Source of the DNA: a virus
Direction: 5' to 3' (one strand)
Virus record (IMG/VR): IMGVR_UViG_3300022904_000001
Length of the DNA: 44,286 nt
The notes under the pieces were generated by a model. The model did no database searches and was not told the origin of the DNA. It saw only the letters and a list, made by a program, of their open reading frames with translations. Below, piece after piece: positions 15,303-23,660 of the stretch. Position numbers and translations under genes: made by a program. The first letter of the stretch is position 1; each line of letters starts with the position of its first letter.

Positions 15303-16228
15303 CCACCGAACTTGCAATGCCGGCCGCGAGGTGTCAGCTCAAGCGGCCAGCCGTGCTCCGGGCAGTCCAGCGGGTTGGCCTCACGCGCGAGGTTGCGCGC
15401 GTGGTCGGCGCGTGCCTCGTGAACGATGCCGCGCAGGGACTCCCACGATCCGCCCGTGTCCGGCGGTGCGTAGGTCGCGCCGCCCAGCGTGAGCGGGCCG
15501 AGCGCGATCGGGACAGCCAGACCGCCCGCGGTGATCGCGAGGTCGTCCGGAGGGCCCGCCAGCGTGGGAGCGCCGAGCGCGATCGGGAGGCTGAGGCTAC
15601 CAATACTCAGCGCCAGGGTCTGGCTGAGCGTGGGAGCGCCGAGTGCGATCGGAACAGCGAGTCCACCAGTACTCAGCGCCAGAGTCTGACTGAGTACTGG
15701 TCCGCCGAGCGCGATCGGAACGGCGAGCCCGCCGGCGGAAATGCTCCCGCCGCCCACCTCGTCGGCCTCGAAGACCACATCGGCGAAATACGAGGCTCCG
15801 TTGCCGGACTCGATCGTGGCGAACTGGTTGGACACGGGCGTGATGGCAAGCCATCCGTTGTCCGTCCCGGCGGTGAGGTTGCCCGATATCTTCGGCCAGG
15901 GGTAACTCGTGGTGGCCACGTAGCGTTCAGGGATGAAGATCGAGACCTGATATTCGACGCCACCGGTGACCGCCACGCTGAGCGCGTTGGAGACCTGCCA
16001 ACCGGAACTCGTCACGGGGAACGAGGCACTACCCAATGACGCCTGGTCCGAGACACGGTAGATGCCCACCGTGTAGCCGGATCCCGCGGCGTCAGGAAAG
16101 AAGTACCTGCCGGCCGTGATGGTGCCGGAGACGGCGGGCGTGAAGTTCGTGGCAAGACAGTACGTCGCCGAGTCGGTGAGGTTGTTCAGTGCCGGCGTCT
16201 CGGTGCCGAAGAGGTTTTCGGCGACCAT
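15290..16228 (-). CDS. DUF4082-like N-terminal domain protein with internal 21-aa tandem repeats (312 aa)
   Basis: N-terminus ..ATNFTPAVSGTITAGRYFFP..GYTVGIYRV..SGWQV..VEYQVS. Repeats are S.GGLAVPIALG.P.LSQTLAL. C-terminus CPEHGWPL...RHCKFGGH. Confidence 0.6.
   Translation of the reverse strand: MVAENLFGTETPALNNLTDSATYCLATNFTPAVSGTITAGRYFFPDAAGSGYTVGIYRVSDQASLGSASFPVTSSGWQVSNALSVAVTGGVEYQVSIFIPERYVATTSYPWPKISGNLTAGTDNGWLAITPVSNQFATIESGNGASYFADVVFEADEVGGGSISAGGLAVPIALGGPVLSQTLALSTGGLAVPIALGAPTLSQTLALSIGSLSLPIALGAPTLAGPPDDLAITAGGLAVPIALGPLTLGGATYAPPDTGGSWESLRGIVHEARADHARNLAREANPLDCPEHGWPLELTPRGRHCKFGGHTV
15479..15745. repeat. About four tandem, roughly 63-bp coding repeats
   Basis: Correspond to aa 162-250 of the 312-aa protein. 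The DNA units (..ggagcgccgagcgcgatcgg..actcagcgccag.gtctg.ctgag..) are visibly reiterated. Confidence 0.8.
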
Positions 16229-16231
16229 CGG

Positions 16232-16651
16232 CTAGCCGACCTTGAGGATCTTGTTTGTGCCGTTGGAGAAGGCCACGCTCACGTCACCGGTGCCTGGCTG
16301 GATCACGGACGAGTCGTACCAGGCGATCACGCGCTGAGCGCTCGACGCGACGTCCGCGCCGCCGGTAACGGCGCTCGCCTGGAACAGGAGCAGACCGTGG
16401 TTGCTCGCGCTGGCTACGGCTGTGATCGTCGGGTCCGCGGCATCGAATACGCCACCGGTGACGCTCTTGGAGGTCAGCGCGGCGGACGTCCCGTTCAGGG
16501 TGCCGCCCGCGCCGGTGACGTCGGAGACGAACTTGTGCGAGGCAGAGAAGGTGTAGCCGCGAACGAGTGCGCACTTGATCACCGCAGTGTCAAGATCAAT
16601 CGTGCCGTCGATGAAGCCTTCGGCGGCGGGAGTGAAGTACGCGTCGGTCAC
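16232..16651 (-). CDS. hypothetical structural-module protein (139 aa)
   Basis: ORF track. Ala/Gly/Thr-rich beta-type sequence. Confidence 0.6.
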   Translation of the reverse strand: MTDAYFTPAAEGFIDGTIDLDTAVIKCALVRGYTFSASHKFVSDVTGAGGTLNGTSAALTSKSVTGGVFDAADPTITAVASASNHGLLLFQASAVTGGADVASSAQRVIAWYDSSVIQPGTGDVSVAFSNGTNKILKVG

Positions 16652-16663
16652 GGCTACCTGCCC

Positions 16664-17026
16664 TTAGTTCTTGTCGGTGTTCTTGACCGAGGAGAGCGTG
16701 CCCTTGCGCGGCGCCGGCTTGCGACCGGTGTCGTTGCCGGAGTCGAGCGCGGTCGGCTTGGACTTTTCGTCCGCGCGCTCGGCCGTCTCGGCCTGCTTCG
16801 GCTGCTCACCGTCGCCGGCCTCGTGCGCCGTCTCGCGATGTGTGGTGGTCGGGTTGTCCTCGCCGCGCTCGTCGGCCGTCTGCTTGCCGTCGGTCTCGAT
16901 GGTCGGGCGCGTGTCCTCGTAGCGCGGCGCGTCCGAGTCCGGATCGGCCTCGTTCGTGACCTCACCGTTGTGCGCGATGATCGCGCCGTCCGGGTAGCTC
17001 GCACCGTAGTTGCTGCTCTTCGGCAT
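16664..17026 (-). CDS. acidic, disordered protein (120 aa)
   Basis: ORF track. Asp/Glu/Thr/Pro-rich. Confidence 0.55.
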   Translation of the reverse strand: MPKSSNYGASYPDGAIIAHNGEVTNEADPDSDAPRYEDTRPTIETDGKQTADERGEDNPTTTHRETAHEAGDGEQPKQAETAERADEKSKPTALDSGNDTGRKPAPRKGTLSSVKNTDKN

Positions 17027-17044
17027 CTGCCTACTCCTTGGTAA

Positions 17045-17075
17045 CCGGGGATCCTGCCTTCAACAGGATCCCCGG
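17045..17075 (-). terminator. Hairpin (12-bp arms, 7-nt loop)
   Basis: ccggggatcctg / ccttcaa / caggatccccgg. Lies between 17079 (stop) and 17026 (start). Confidence 0.6.
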
Positions 17076-17078
17076 TGA

Positions 17079-17549
17079 TCAGGCCGCGGAAACCGAAGCT
17101 CCGGTGTCCAGCGGAACGTACGTGAGCGACCACTTCACCGAGCCGGTGTTCGTGGCGGCGCAGTTGAGCAGGATCGCGCCGGGCTTCAGCAGGAGAGGTC
17201 GCGCCAGCATCTTGTCCGAAGACACGAAGTTCAGCGCGTCCTGCATGGCCGTGGCCGGTGTGCCGGTGATCGAGTACATCGTGCCGACCGCATCGGCGGT
17301 GATGTCCAGGGTGGCGCAGAGATCCTGCGTCGCGCCGGCGTCCGTGGGGTCGAACTGAAGCTTGGTCGCGTCCGCCTGCGTCTGGATGACCGTGGTCACC
17401 TCGCCGACGATCGACGTGATGAGCACGCGGCCGGTAGCGATCGTGAACAGCGATGCGGTCGTGGTGGCTGGCAGCGCCGCGGTAGCGCGCTCGACCTTCG
17501 TGCCCATGATGCCGGCCAGGAAAGAGGCGGCGCCCTGAAGATTGGTCAT
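17079..17549 (-). CDS. hypothetical head-module protein (156 aa)
   Basis: Internal ATG (MTNLQGAASF...) with ATGA overlap to 17546..17983. Confidence 0.6.
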   Translation of the reverse strand: MTNLQGAASFLAGIMGTKVERATAALPATTTASLFTIATGRVLITSIVGEVTTVIQTQADATKLQFDPTDAGATQDLCATLDITADAVGTMYSITGTPATAMQDALNFVSSDKMLARPLLLKPGAILLNCAATNTGSVKWSLTYVPLDTGASVSAA

Positions 17550-17983
17550 GCGACCACGCTCGACAGGTTCTGCGGCGCACGCTGGATGGACAGATCGTGC
17601 AGGATGGCGGTCACCACGCCGGCGCCGTCCACGGTGCACTTGACGTAGGGCTTGAGGTCGGGGCACTTCATGGCCGAGATCTCCACGGCCACGGTGTCCT
17701 CGGTGCCGTCCGCCTTCGTGAACGTCTCGGACGCCGGACTCACCGCGGTCCGGTGCCAGACACCGGAGGCAGTGTCGTTGCTCTTGCCGTAGTAGTGATC
17801 GACCACGTCCGGCGTGACCGCACCGGTGCCGGCTGCATCGGACGCGAACGTGATGGTGACGACCGATGCGCCGTCCACTTCGTGCACGACGAACGTCACG
17901 CCGGATGCGTTCTTCAGGTTGACGTAGACGTCGTCCGCGGGGGAGACGACGTCGTACAGCCGACCCAGACCTTCGGAGTACAT
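17546..17983 (-). CDS. hypothetical head-module protein (145 aa)
   Basis: ORF track. First gene after the capsid-gene hairpin. Confidence 0.6.
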   Translation of the reverse strand: MYSEGLGRLYDVVSPADDVYVNLKNASGVTFVVHEVDGASVVTITFASDAAGTGAVTPDVVDHYYGKSNDTASGVWHRTAVSPASETFTKADGTEDTVAVEISAMKCPDLKPYVKCTVDGAGVVTAILHDLSIQRAPQNLSSVVA

Positions 17984-18061
17984 GGATCCTTCTCTCTGTC
18001 CGGGGTTTGAATGCCGGACGAGTTCGCCCTACTCCCCGGCCGGGGTGCGGGTCTAGAGACA

Positions 18062-18099
18062 TCCCGCCCGAGTGCCACGGGGGTAGCTCTCGGGCGGGA
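18062..18099 (-). terminator. Hairpin after the capsid gene (11-bp arms)
   Basis: tcccgcccgag / 16-nt loop / ctcgggcggga. Confidence 0.55.
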
Positions 18100-18117
18100 C
18101 CTCGATCAGCTTACGCG

Positions 18118-19476
18118 CTAGGAGCGCGTCTGGAGCTGCACGAACGGGCTCAGCGTCGGACCGTTGTTGGCCGGCGTGATGGCGTTCAGGATCGCGGGCC
18201 GGCCGTCGTTGCGCTGGATCGCGCGCAGCGTGGTCTGGTCCGAGGTGAACTTGACGTGCGCGGAGGTCTCGATCGAGAGTTCCTCGCGGTCGCCGATGTA
18301 GTAGAAGCCGAGGTCCACGAGGTTGACGTCACCCTTCGTGCCGAGCACGGCGGGTGCCTTCTCGCTCATGATCACCGGAAGACCGAGGAGCGTGAGCTGC
18401 GGCCGGTTGTGCGCGTCCATCAGCCAGACGGCCGAACCGCCGGTGCCGACGTTGAGCGCCATCGTGGCGAGTTCGGTGAAGGCGTCGGGGGTGACGATCC
18501 AGACGGCACGCGCGAGCGACTGCGGCAGCATCCGCGCGTACATGTCGATCGCGTTTTCCCAGATGAACGAGGCCGCGGGCTGACCGGAGCGCTTGTTGAT
18601 CACGGTCAGGGCCGGGTTGTTCGCGTTCAGTACGCCGAGCGGCTCGCCGGCGCCGGTGCCGCGCAGGTAGTCCCAATCCTCGTACCAGCCGAACGCCGGG
18701 GGCAGGGCCTGGCGCAACCAGGCGAGCAGGGCACCACCGGTGTCCTTGATCGTCTCGTTCGTGAGGTAGGCCAGCGCGGTTTGCTTCGTGGCGTCGAGCT
18801 TGATCCGGCCGAACTTCGCCTGCGACTCGACGAACTCTTCGCCCTCCTCGGTGCGATAGACGACGATGCCGCCGAAGACCGAGGAGACGTTCGAGGTCGC
18901 GTCCACCGTGGGGAAGCTGAGCGTGTTCGTGCCCATGGGGATGACCACGGCGCGCGGCCGGACGATGGCCGTCTCCAGCGAGAGCGAGACGATCTCGGTG
19001 CGGAACTCCTCCGGGACGAGGAAGCCGCCGTCGGACGGCACCTTCTCCTGGTAGGCGTTCAGGACGGCGAGCTTCTCGTCCAGCGTCTTGCCGTTGGCCA
19101 GGCGCGCGTTACCTTCCAGGCGCCGGTGCCAGATCGTTTGGACGAACTCGCCCATGTCGTCGAACTTGCCGTTCAGGCCGGCGCCCTTGGCCTGCCGGTT
19201 GCCCTGCGAACGTGCGCCGAGAGCCAGCCGCGCGTTCTTGATCTCGGCGTTGCCGGCGCCGCGCTCCTTCAGCATCTCCGTCAGGGACGCCTGCATCTCC
19301 GACTGGATCATCTTCTGGATCTCGGCAGTGTCCGAGGTCTGCGCCTGCACGTAGGCGTTCAGGTTGTTCTTGAACGTGCCGTCGTTCATGGCGTCGGCGT
19401 ACTTCTGCGGCGTGTCGAGTCCGTTGATGAACTCTTCCCACTCCGCCGAAGTCTTCGCGAGCACGGGTGCGGTCAT
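18118..19476 (-). CDS. major capsid protein, HK97 fold family (452 aa)
   Basis: The ATG at 19476 forms an ATGA overlap with the protease stop. Contains ..VPSDGGFLVPEEF..IVRPRA..LSFPT... Position is directly after the prohead protease. Confidence 0.85.
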   Translation of the reverse strand: MTAPVLAKTSAEWEEFINGLDTPQKYADAMNDGTFKNNLNAYVQAQTSDTAEIQKMIQSEMQASLTEMLKERGAGNAEIKNARLALGARSQGNRQAKGAGLNGKFDDMGEFVQTIWHRRLEGNARLANGKTLDEKLAVLNAYQEKVPSDGGFLVPEEFRTEIVSLSLETAIVRPRAVVIPMGTNTLSFPTVDATSNVSSVFGGIVVYRTEEGEEFVESQAKFGRIKLDATKQTALAYLTNETIKDTGGALLAWLRQALPPAFGWYEDWDYLRGTGAGEPLGVLNANNPALTVINKRSGQPAASFIWENAIDMYARMLPQSLARAVWIVTPDAFTELATMALNVGTGGSAVWLMDAHNRPQLTLLGLPVIMSEKAPAVLGTKGDVNLVDLGFYYIGDREELSIETSAHVKFTSDQTTLRAIQRNDGRPAILNAITPANNGPTLSPFVQLQTRS

Positions 19477-20303
19477 GCGAAGAGTCCTTTCATCGACTCG
19501 AATACCTTGCTGTGATCCCACGGGAATTCGGGGGATTCGTCCTTGACCTCGGGGACGCGGTGCGCGTTGACGAAAGCGCGAGCGCGATCACTGAGCGCAT
19601 GATCCCACCCGGCGAGCCGCGCGGCTACCTCTTCGTCCTCGTCGGCCTCCTCGCCCTTCGTGAGCTGCACGAGTTCGTGGACGAGGCCGGCTTCCATGGC
19701 CTCCTGGCCGGTGTACCAGAAGCCGTCCTCGCCGTTCTCGGTCATCTTGGCGCGCCAGAATGCGGGATCCTCGCCGGCACTCTCCGCGTACATGTCGGCG
19801 ATGTTGTCGGACACCTTGTCCAGCAGATCGGCTGCATCGCGGTGCGTGTTGCCGTTGCCGTAGGTGAACGTCATCGCATCGTGGATCATGACGAACCCGT
19901 TGCGCGCGGCGTGGATCCGGTCGCCGGCCAGCATGATGAACGAGGCCGCGGAAGCGGCAAGGCCGTCCACGTAGACACTGACGATGCCGGAGTGACGCGC
20001 GAGCAGGGTGTGGATCGCGATGCCCTGGAAGACGTCACCGCCGCCGGAGTTGATCCGTACGTTGACCGGGCCGGGGCCGGCCTCCTTCAGCGCCGCCGCG
20101 ACGTCGGACGCGGTGATGCCGTCCATCCACATACTGGCTCCGATCGAGCCGTAGATCATAATCTCGGCCGGTACCTGCGCGCTGACGCGCTCGTGCACGG
20201 CCAGGCCGGGCACGTCGTCGATGCTGCGCTGGACGCTCGCGCGCATGGCGAAGTCGACGGCCGGCTGTAGGCCGGTGAGAATCTCGCGGCGCCGCTTGTT
20301 CAT
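19473..20303 (-). CDS. ClpP-like (S14) prohead/capsid maturation protease
   Basis: IMIYGSIG...VRINSGGGDVFQGIAIHTLL...VDGLAASAASFIMLAGD... Confidence 0.8.
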   Translation of the reverse strand: MNKRRREILTGLQPAVDFAMRASVQRSIDDVPGLAVHERVSAQVPAEIMIYGSIGASMWMDGITASDVAAALKEAGPGPVNVRINSGGGDVFQGIAIHTLLARHSGIVSVYVDGLAASAASFIMLAGDRIHAARNGFVMIHDAMTFTYGNGNTHRDAADLLDKVSDNIADMYAESAGEDPAFWRAKMTENGEDGFWYTGQEAMEAGLVHELVQLTKGEEADEDEEVAARLAGWDHALSDRARAFVNAHRVPEVKDESPEFPWDHSKVFESMKGLFA

Positions 20304-20315
20304 CAGAGAGGATCC

Positions 20316-20768
20316 TTACGGCGCGTCGTAGTAGTAAATCGAGTTCGCGGCGTTCGAGAAGTTCGTGGGGTAGTGCGGCACCCAGGGATCCCATGTGGTG
20401 GTGTTCGACAGGTCCGTGTCGTACCAGGGCGAGTTGATCAGATCGAGCGACAGTACCGGCGCACCCTGACAATTGTCGTTCGGATAGATCGTCACGTAGC
20501 TCGCGTCGTTCGCGCTCATGTTGTTGATCAGGCTCGATGCGCGATTCTTGAAGTTCGCGTCGAAGTTCAGGCAGTCGCCCGGCTGGCTGAGGATGTTGGC
20601 CGGCTGATACGCCCGATAGCCCATCCCCGCGGTGCCGAAGTTGGTCGGATCATAGAGGCAGATGAACGCAGCGCCGCAGTTGTTCGGCGGAATGGCCTGT
20701 GCGGGAGCGGCGATGCCGAACAGGGCGAGCAGGCTCACGGCCAGCAGCGCCAGGAAGCGTTTGATCAT
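20316..20768 (-). CDS. secreted Cys-containing protein, peptidase-inhibitor I36-like / beta-gamma-crystallin-like (150 aa)
   Basis: Signal peptide MIKRFLALLAVSLLALFGIAAPAQA. Contains C..FICLYDPTNFGT...NRASSLINN...VTIYPNDNCQG. Visibly lower GC and GC3 than its neighbours. Confidence 0.6.
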   Translation of the reverse strand: MIKRFLALLAVSLLALFGIAAPAQAIPPNNCGAAFICLYDPTNFGTAGMGYRAYQPANILSQPGDCLNFDANFKNRASSLINNMSANDASYVTIYPNDNCQGAPVLSLDLINSPWYDTDLSNTTTWDPWVPHYPTNFSNAANSIYYYDAP

Positions 20769-20941
20769 CGGGATACCTCGATCGTAGGCATGGGCTTGTG
20801 TTCGATGCGAAGATCACCGGGCACGCATGCTCGGTCCGCCAGGGTGTGGTGCGCAGGGTCGACGCCCTCGCGGGCGTATACGACGATGCCGTCCGCGCCG
20901 GGATAGACGGCGATCCGCGTGTAGCAGTGCTGACACCTCAT
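20765..20941 (-). CDS. small Cys protein (58 aa)
   Basis: MRCQHCYTRIAV.... ATGA overlaps on both sides. Confidence 0.5.
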   Translation of the reverse strand: MRCQHCYTRIAVYPGADGIVVYAREGVDPAHHTLADRACVPGDLRIEHKPMPTIEVSR

Positions 20942-21150
20942 GACTGCCTCCGCCGGATCACCTTGCAGCGGCACTTGTTGCCGAATTGCCGGCCGATGCA
21001 TTTGATGTAGCCGCTGCCGCCGGGGTAGTCCGCGTACGCTGATGAGCGGTTGCGGTACAGCTTGTTCTTGTTGTCGAGGCACTTCTCGCAGGTATTGCCG
21101 TCGATGTGCGCCTTGACCTTCCAGCGCATGGCCATCTCGATGACGTTCAT
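20938..21150 (-). CDS. small protein resembling the C-terminal CxxC...CRC motif of MuF/SPP1 gp7-type head morphogenesis proteins (70 aa)
   Basis: ..GNTCEKCLDN...YIKCIGRQFGNKCRCKV. ATGA overlap. Confidence 0.4.
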   Translation of the reverse strand: MNVIEMAMRWKVKAHIDGNTCEKCLDNKNKLYRNRSSAYADYPGGSGYIKCIGRQFGNKCRCKVIRRRQS

Positions 21151-21281
21151 GAGATCACCCCGCGCTTCTTCAGACGTCGGATCAGGTCTTCCGCCTGCGG
21201 CAAGGGCACCTTGCGGTCGAGCTCGACGCGGCATGCCAAGCACTCGACCACCACACCGGGCTCACGACTCCACCACCTCAC
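21147..21281 (-). CDS. micro-protein (44 aa), paralog of 21278..21448
   Basis: GTGA overlap. VVVECLACRV...RRLKKRGVIS compared with VMINCPLCGG...NLLRQGRVIS. Confidence 0.45.
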   Translation of the reverse strand: MRWWSREPGVVVECLACRVELDRKVPLPQAEDLIRRLKKRGVIS

Positions 21282-21448
21282 GAGATCACCCGACCCTGAC
21301 GCAGGAGGTTGTGCACCGTGCGCCGGCCAGGCGCGAGCGGCACGAACTCCGCGTGCTCGCCGTCGCGCGGGTGCCGCCCGCCGCACAGCGGGCAGTTGAT
21401 CATCACCGGCTGAATGATGTTCGGCTCGGTGGACTCGCGCTCAGGCAT
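21278..21448 (-). CDS. micro-protein (56 aa) with CPLC motif
   Basis: The ATG at 21448 overlaps the portal stop by 8 nt. Confidence 0.5.
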   Translation of the reverse strand: MPERESTEPNIIQPVMINCPLCGGRHPRDGEHAEFVPLAPGRRTVHNLLRQGRVIS

Positions 21449-22724
21449 CGTCGGCTCCTGGCTCACCGGGCACACCCCCTGCCGGCACCGTGACGATCTT
21501 CGGTTCGGGCTTCGGCGCCATCTTCAGCCGCGGGATGCCGACGAAGTCGGCAGCCTCGTCGGGATCAGCGCCCGCGTCCACCAGCGTCTTCCACGCGGTG
21601 GTCTTCGTGGTCATGGTCGCGTTGTCGGACTCCTGGTCCGGCGGCACCGGCGACTCGTAGTCGAACTCCACGGGGATCTTCGACGCCGCGAGGCCGGGGT
21701 AGAACTGTGGCAGGAGGTCGAAGTTGACCGCGGCCTTCAGCCGGTCGAGGCGGGGCACGGTCAGCGTTTCGGCCATGAGCGCCAGTGATGCGGTAGCGGT
21801 CGCGCGGTTGACATCGTCCACGTCACCGAGGCCGAACTTCGGGAAGCCGTACGCGTCGAGGATGGACTGCTTCGTCCAGCCGCGGGTCTCCACGAACTGC
21901 ATGTCCTTCTGGGTGTAGGTGAGCGGCACGAACTTCGCGTTTTCAAGCACGGCCACGCGGCCGGCGTTCGCGATGCCCTTGTGCTGCTGCTCCCAGCGTT
22001 CGACCATTTCGTCGAACTCGGTATCGGTGAGCTTGGTCGGGACTTCCACGATGCCGCCCGGGGAGGCGGAGTTGCGGAAGAAGTTGGCTGCCCACTGGCC
22101 TTGCATCTGGTCCTGGTTGAGGTCGGTACTCAGCGAGGGGATGGGCGACTCGCCGCGGTAGATGTCCAGCGGCGCCGGGGTGCGGACCATGATCACATCT
22201 TCACGGCGCAGCGGCACTTTCTCGCCGTCGGGCGCGGTGTAGATATAGCCGGCGATGAACTCGGCGTTGCTCTCGACGGCGCTCATCCGGTCCGGGCGCA
22301 CGGGCCACATCTCGATCGGGGTGCCGCCGGTGAGCCGGCTACGCACGAGTACCCACCAGGCCTCGCCGGCGAGGTCGAGGTGCTGCTGGCCGATCTCGCG
22401 GAACTCCTGACCGGGCATGAACGCGTTCGGCTGTGACCAGACCATGAGCGCGGCGTGGCGGGTGATCTCGGTGCGGTCTTCGGCGAGGCCGGACGGCGCC
22501 TTCTGCCAGAGCTTCCATTCCACGCGCGAGGTCATGGAGGCGAGTTTGCTGACGACCCCGTGCAGGGTGCCGATCTCGGAGTACATGCTGAGCTGCTCGG
22601 CGCGACCGCGGGCGCCGCGGGAGGTGCCGATGCCGACGCTCATGAGTCCGGAGCGCCAGCGCGAGATGTAGGGGACGGGCGGAGCTTCGTTGGCGATACC
22701 GCCAAGCAGGCTCCGCAGGCTCAT
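21441..22724 (-). CDS. portal protein, HK97 family (427 aa)
   Basis: Start MSLRSLLGG (ATGA overlap with 22721). Contains ..AANFFRNSASPGGIVEVP..WEQQHKG..GRVAVLENAKF.. Confidence 0.85.
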   Translation of the reverse strand: MSLRSLLGGIANEAPPVPYISRWRSGLMSVGIGTSRGARGRAEQLSMYSEIGTLHGVVSKLASMTSRVEWKLWQKAPSGLAEDRTEITRHAALMVWSQPNAFMPGQEFREIGQQHLDLAGEAWWVLVRSRLTGGTPIEMWPVRPDRMSAVESNAEFIAGYIYTAPDGEKVPLRREDVIMVRTPAPLDIYRGESPIPSLSTDLNQDQMQGQWAANFFRNSASPGGIVEVPTKLTDTEFDEMVERWEQQHKGIANAGRVAVLENAKFVPLTYTQKDMQFVETRGWTKQSILDAYGFPKFGLGDVDDVNRATATASLALMAETLTVPRLDRLKAAVNFDLLPQFYPGLAASKIPVEFDYESPVPPDQESDNATMTTKTTAWKTLVDAGADPDEAADFVGIPRLKMAPKPEPKIVTVPAGGVPGEPGADDA

Positions 22725-23005
22725 CGACGTCTCGCTTCCAGGAAGAACAGGGCGAGTCCGGCCATGGCCCACCCCGCGATGGCGCTCAGCATAGTCGCAG
22801 CGATCACGAAAGCGGAGCATCCGGCTAGCACGAGCGTGTGACGCGTGGCAAAGGTTGTCAGGACAAGTAGAAGCCGGTGGATGGGCGCGAGGTTGACCCG
22901 CTTCACCCAGCGCCAGAGCAGGCGCACGGCGCGCCGCTTCGTGCGCGGCACCTGCATGGACTGATCCCGTGCGGCGAGGAGGTCGAAGAGGGTGGTTGTG
23001 GTCAT
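22721..23005 (-). CDS. membrane protein (94 aa)
   Basis: Two hydrophobic helices. ATGA overlaps. Confidence 0.6.
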   Translation of the reverse strand: MTTTTLFDLLAARDQSMQVPRTKRRAVRLLWRWVKRVNLAPIHRLLLVLTTFATRHTLVLAGCSAFVIAATMLSAIAGWAMAGLALFFLEARRR

Positions 23006-23184
23006 GCTTCCTCAAGCCCGGGAGTCCAGACCTCACTGCCTTCAGGGACATCCTTTGCGTGACGCTCGTTGGGCAGCACGCTGCCCGTGGCATGGTTGTA
23101 ATCGCACCTCGGGCAGACGAGGATCCCGCCGGGGAACAGGCCACGGCGCCTGCCACAGCAGCACGACACGGTGAACATCTTCAC
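23002..23184 (-). CDS. Cys-rich small protein (60 aa)
   Basis: SCCCG...VCPRCDYNH. ATGA overlaps. Confidence 0.5.
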   Translation of the reverse strand: MKMFTVSCCCGRRRGLFPGGILVCPRCDYNHATGSVLPNERHAKDVPEGSEVWTPGLEEA

Positions 23185-23375
23185 GCCGGCCGCACCGCGA
23201 TTACCTGATCCACACCGTCGACGATCAAGAGCTTGATCGAATCATCAAGCTGAGACCGGATCTCCTGCTTGAGATTCTCGATCTCGAAGTCGCTGAGCCG
23301 GCGCGAGGTGCGCAAAATCAGCGTGTCTCCTGGCTTGACGATGCCGGCCTCCGGGAATTCCATGAAGCACAGCAT
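23181..23375 (-). CDS. hypothetical protein (64 aa; alternative start 23363)
   Basis: ORF track. No clear RBS found. Confidence 0.45.
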   Translation of the reverse strand: MLCFMEFPEAGIVKPGDTLILRTSRRLSDFEIENLKQEIRSQLDDSIKLLIVDGVDQVIAVRPA

Positions 23376-23392
23376 AAGGGCAGGAGGCAGTC

Positions 23393-23566
23393 ATGGTCAG
23401 TGATCGAGGTGGGCGCGCGGGATACGTCGTGCGTTCGAGGCAGAACGTCTACCGAGCGCTCCGGCGCCAGGGCAAGAGCAAGAGCATGTCCGCCAGGATC
23501 GCGAACGCCGGCCGCACGAAGATGGGCCGGACGCGGATGGCGCGCAAGGCGGCGCGCTCGCGCTGA
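23393..23566 (+). CDS. highly basic 57-aa protein on the opposite strand of the late block
   Basis: AGGAGG sits 6 nt upstream of the ATG. High GC3. MVSDRGGRAGYVVRSRQNVYRALRRQGKSKSMSARIANAGRTKMGRTRMARKAARSR. Below the ORF-track cutoff. Confidence 0.55.
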   Translation: MVSDRGGRAGYVVRSRQNVYRALRRQGKSKSMSARIANAGRTKMGRTRMARKAARSR

Positions 23567-23572
23567 ACATGG

Positions 23573-23646
23573 AGCAACCGCTAGGCCACGAGTCGCGCTC
23601 TCCTTGTCCGCGGTGAGGTAGCTACGTGCTCGGTCTAGCGGTTGCT
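23573..23646. repeat. 12-bp perfect inverted repeat with 50-nt spacer
   Basis: agcaaccgctag (23573-23584) and ctagcggttgct (23635-23646). Lies in the 285-bp gap downstream of terL. Confidence 0.7.
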
Positions 23647-23660
23647 GCGTTCAGGATAGG

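Noticed and set aside
15479-15745. Diversity-generating retroelement variable region
   Set aside because: The repeats are tandem in-frame units within one gene. No reverse transcriptase or separate template repeat is present in the genome.
23400-23621. 73-aa Arg-rich plus-strand ORF from the track
   Set aside because: The adjacent frame starting at 23393 has a strong AGGAGG RBS and a more protein-like product. The 73-aa frame looks like a shadow of it.
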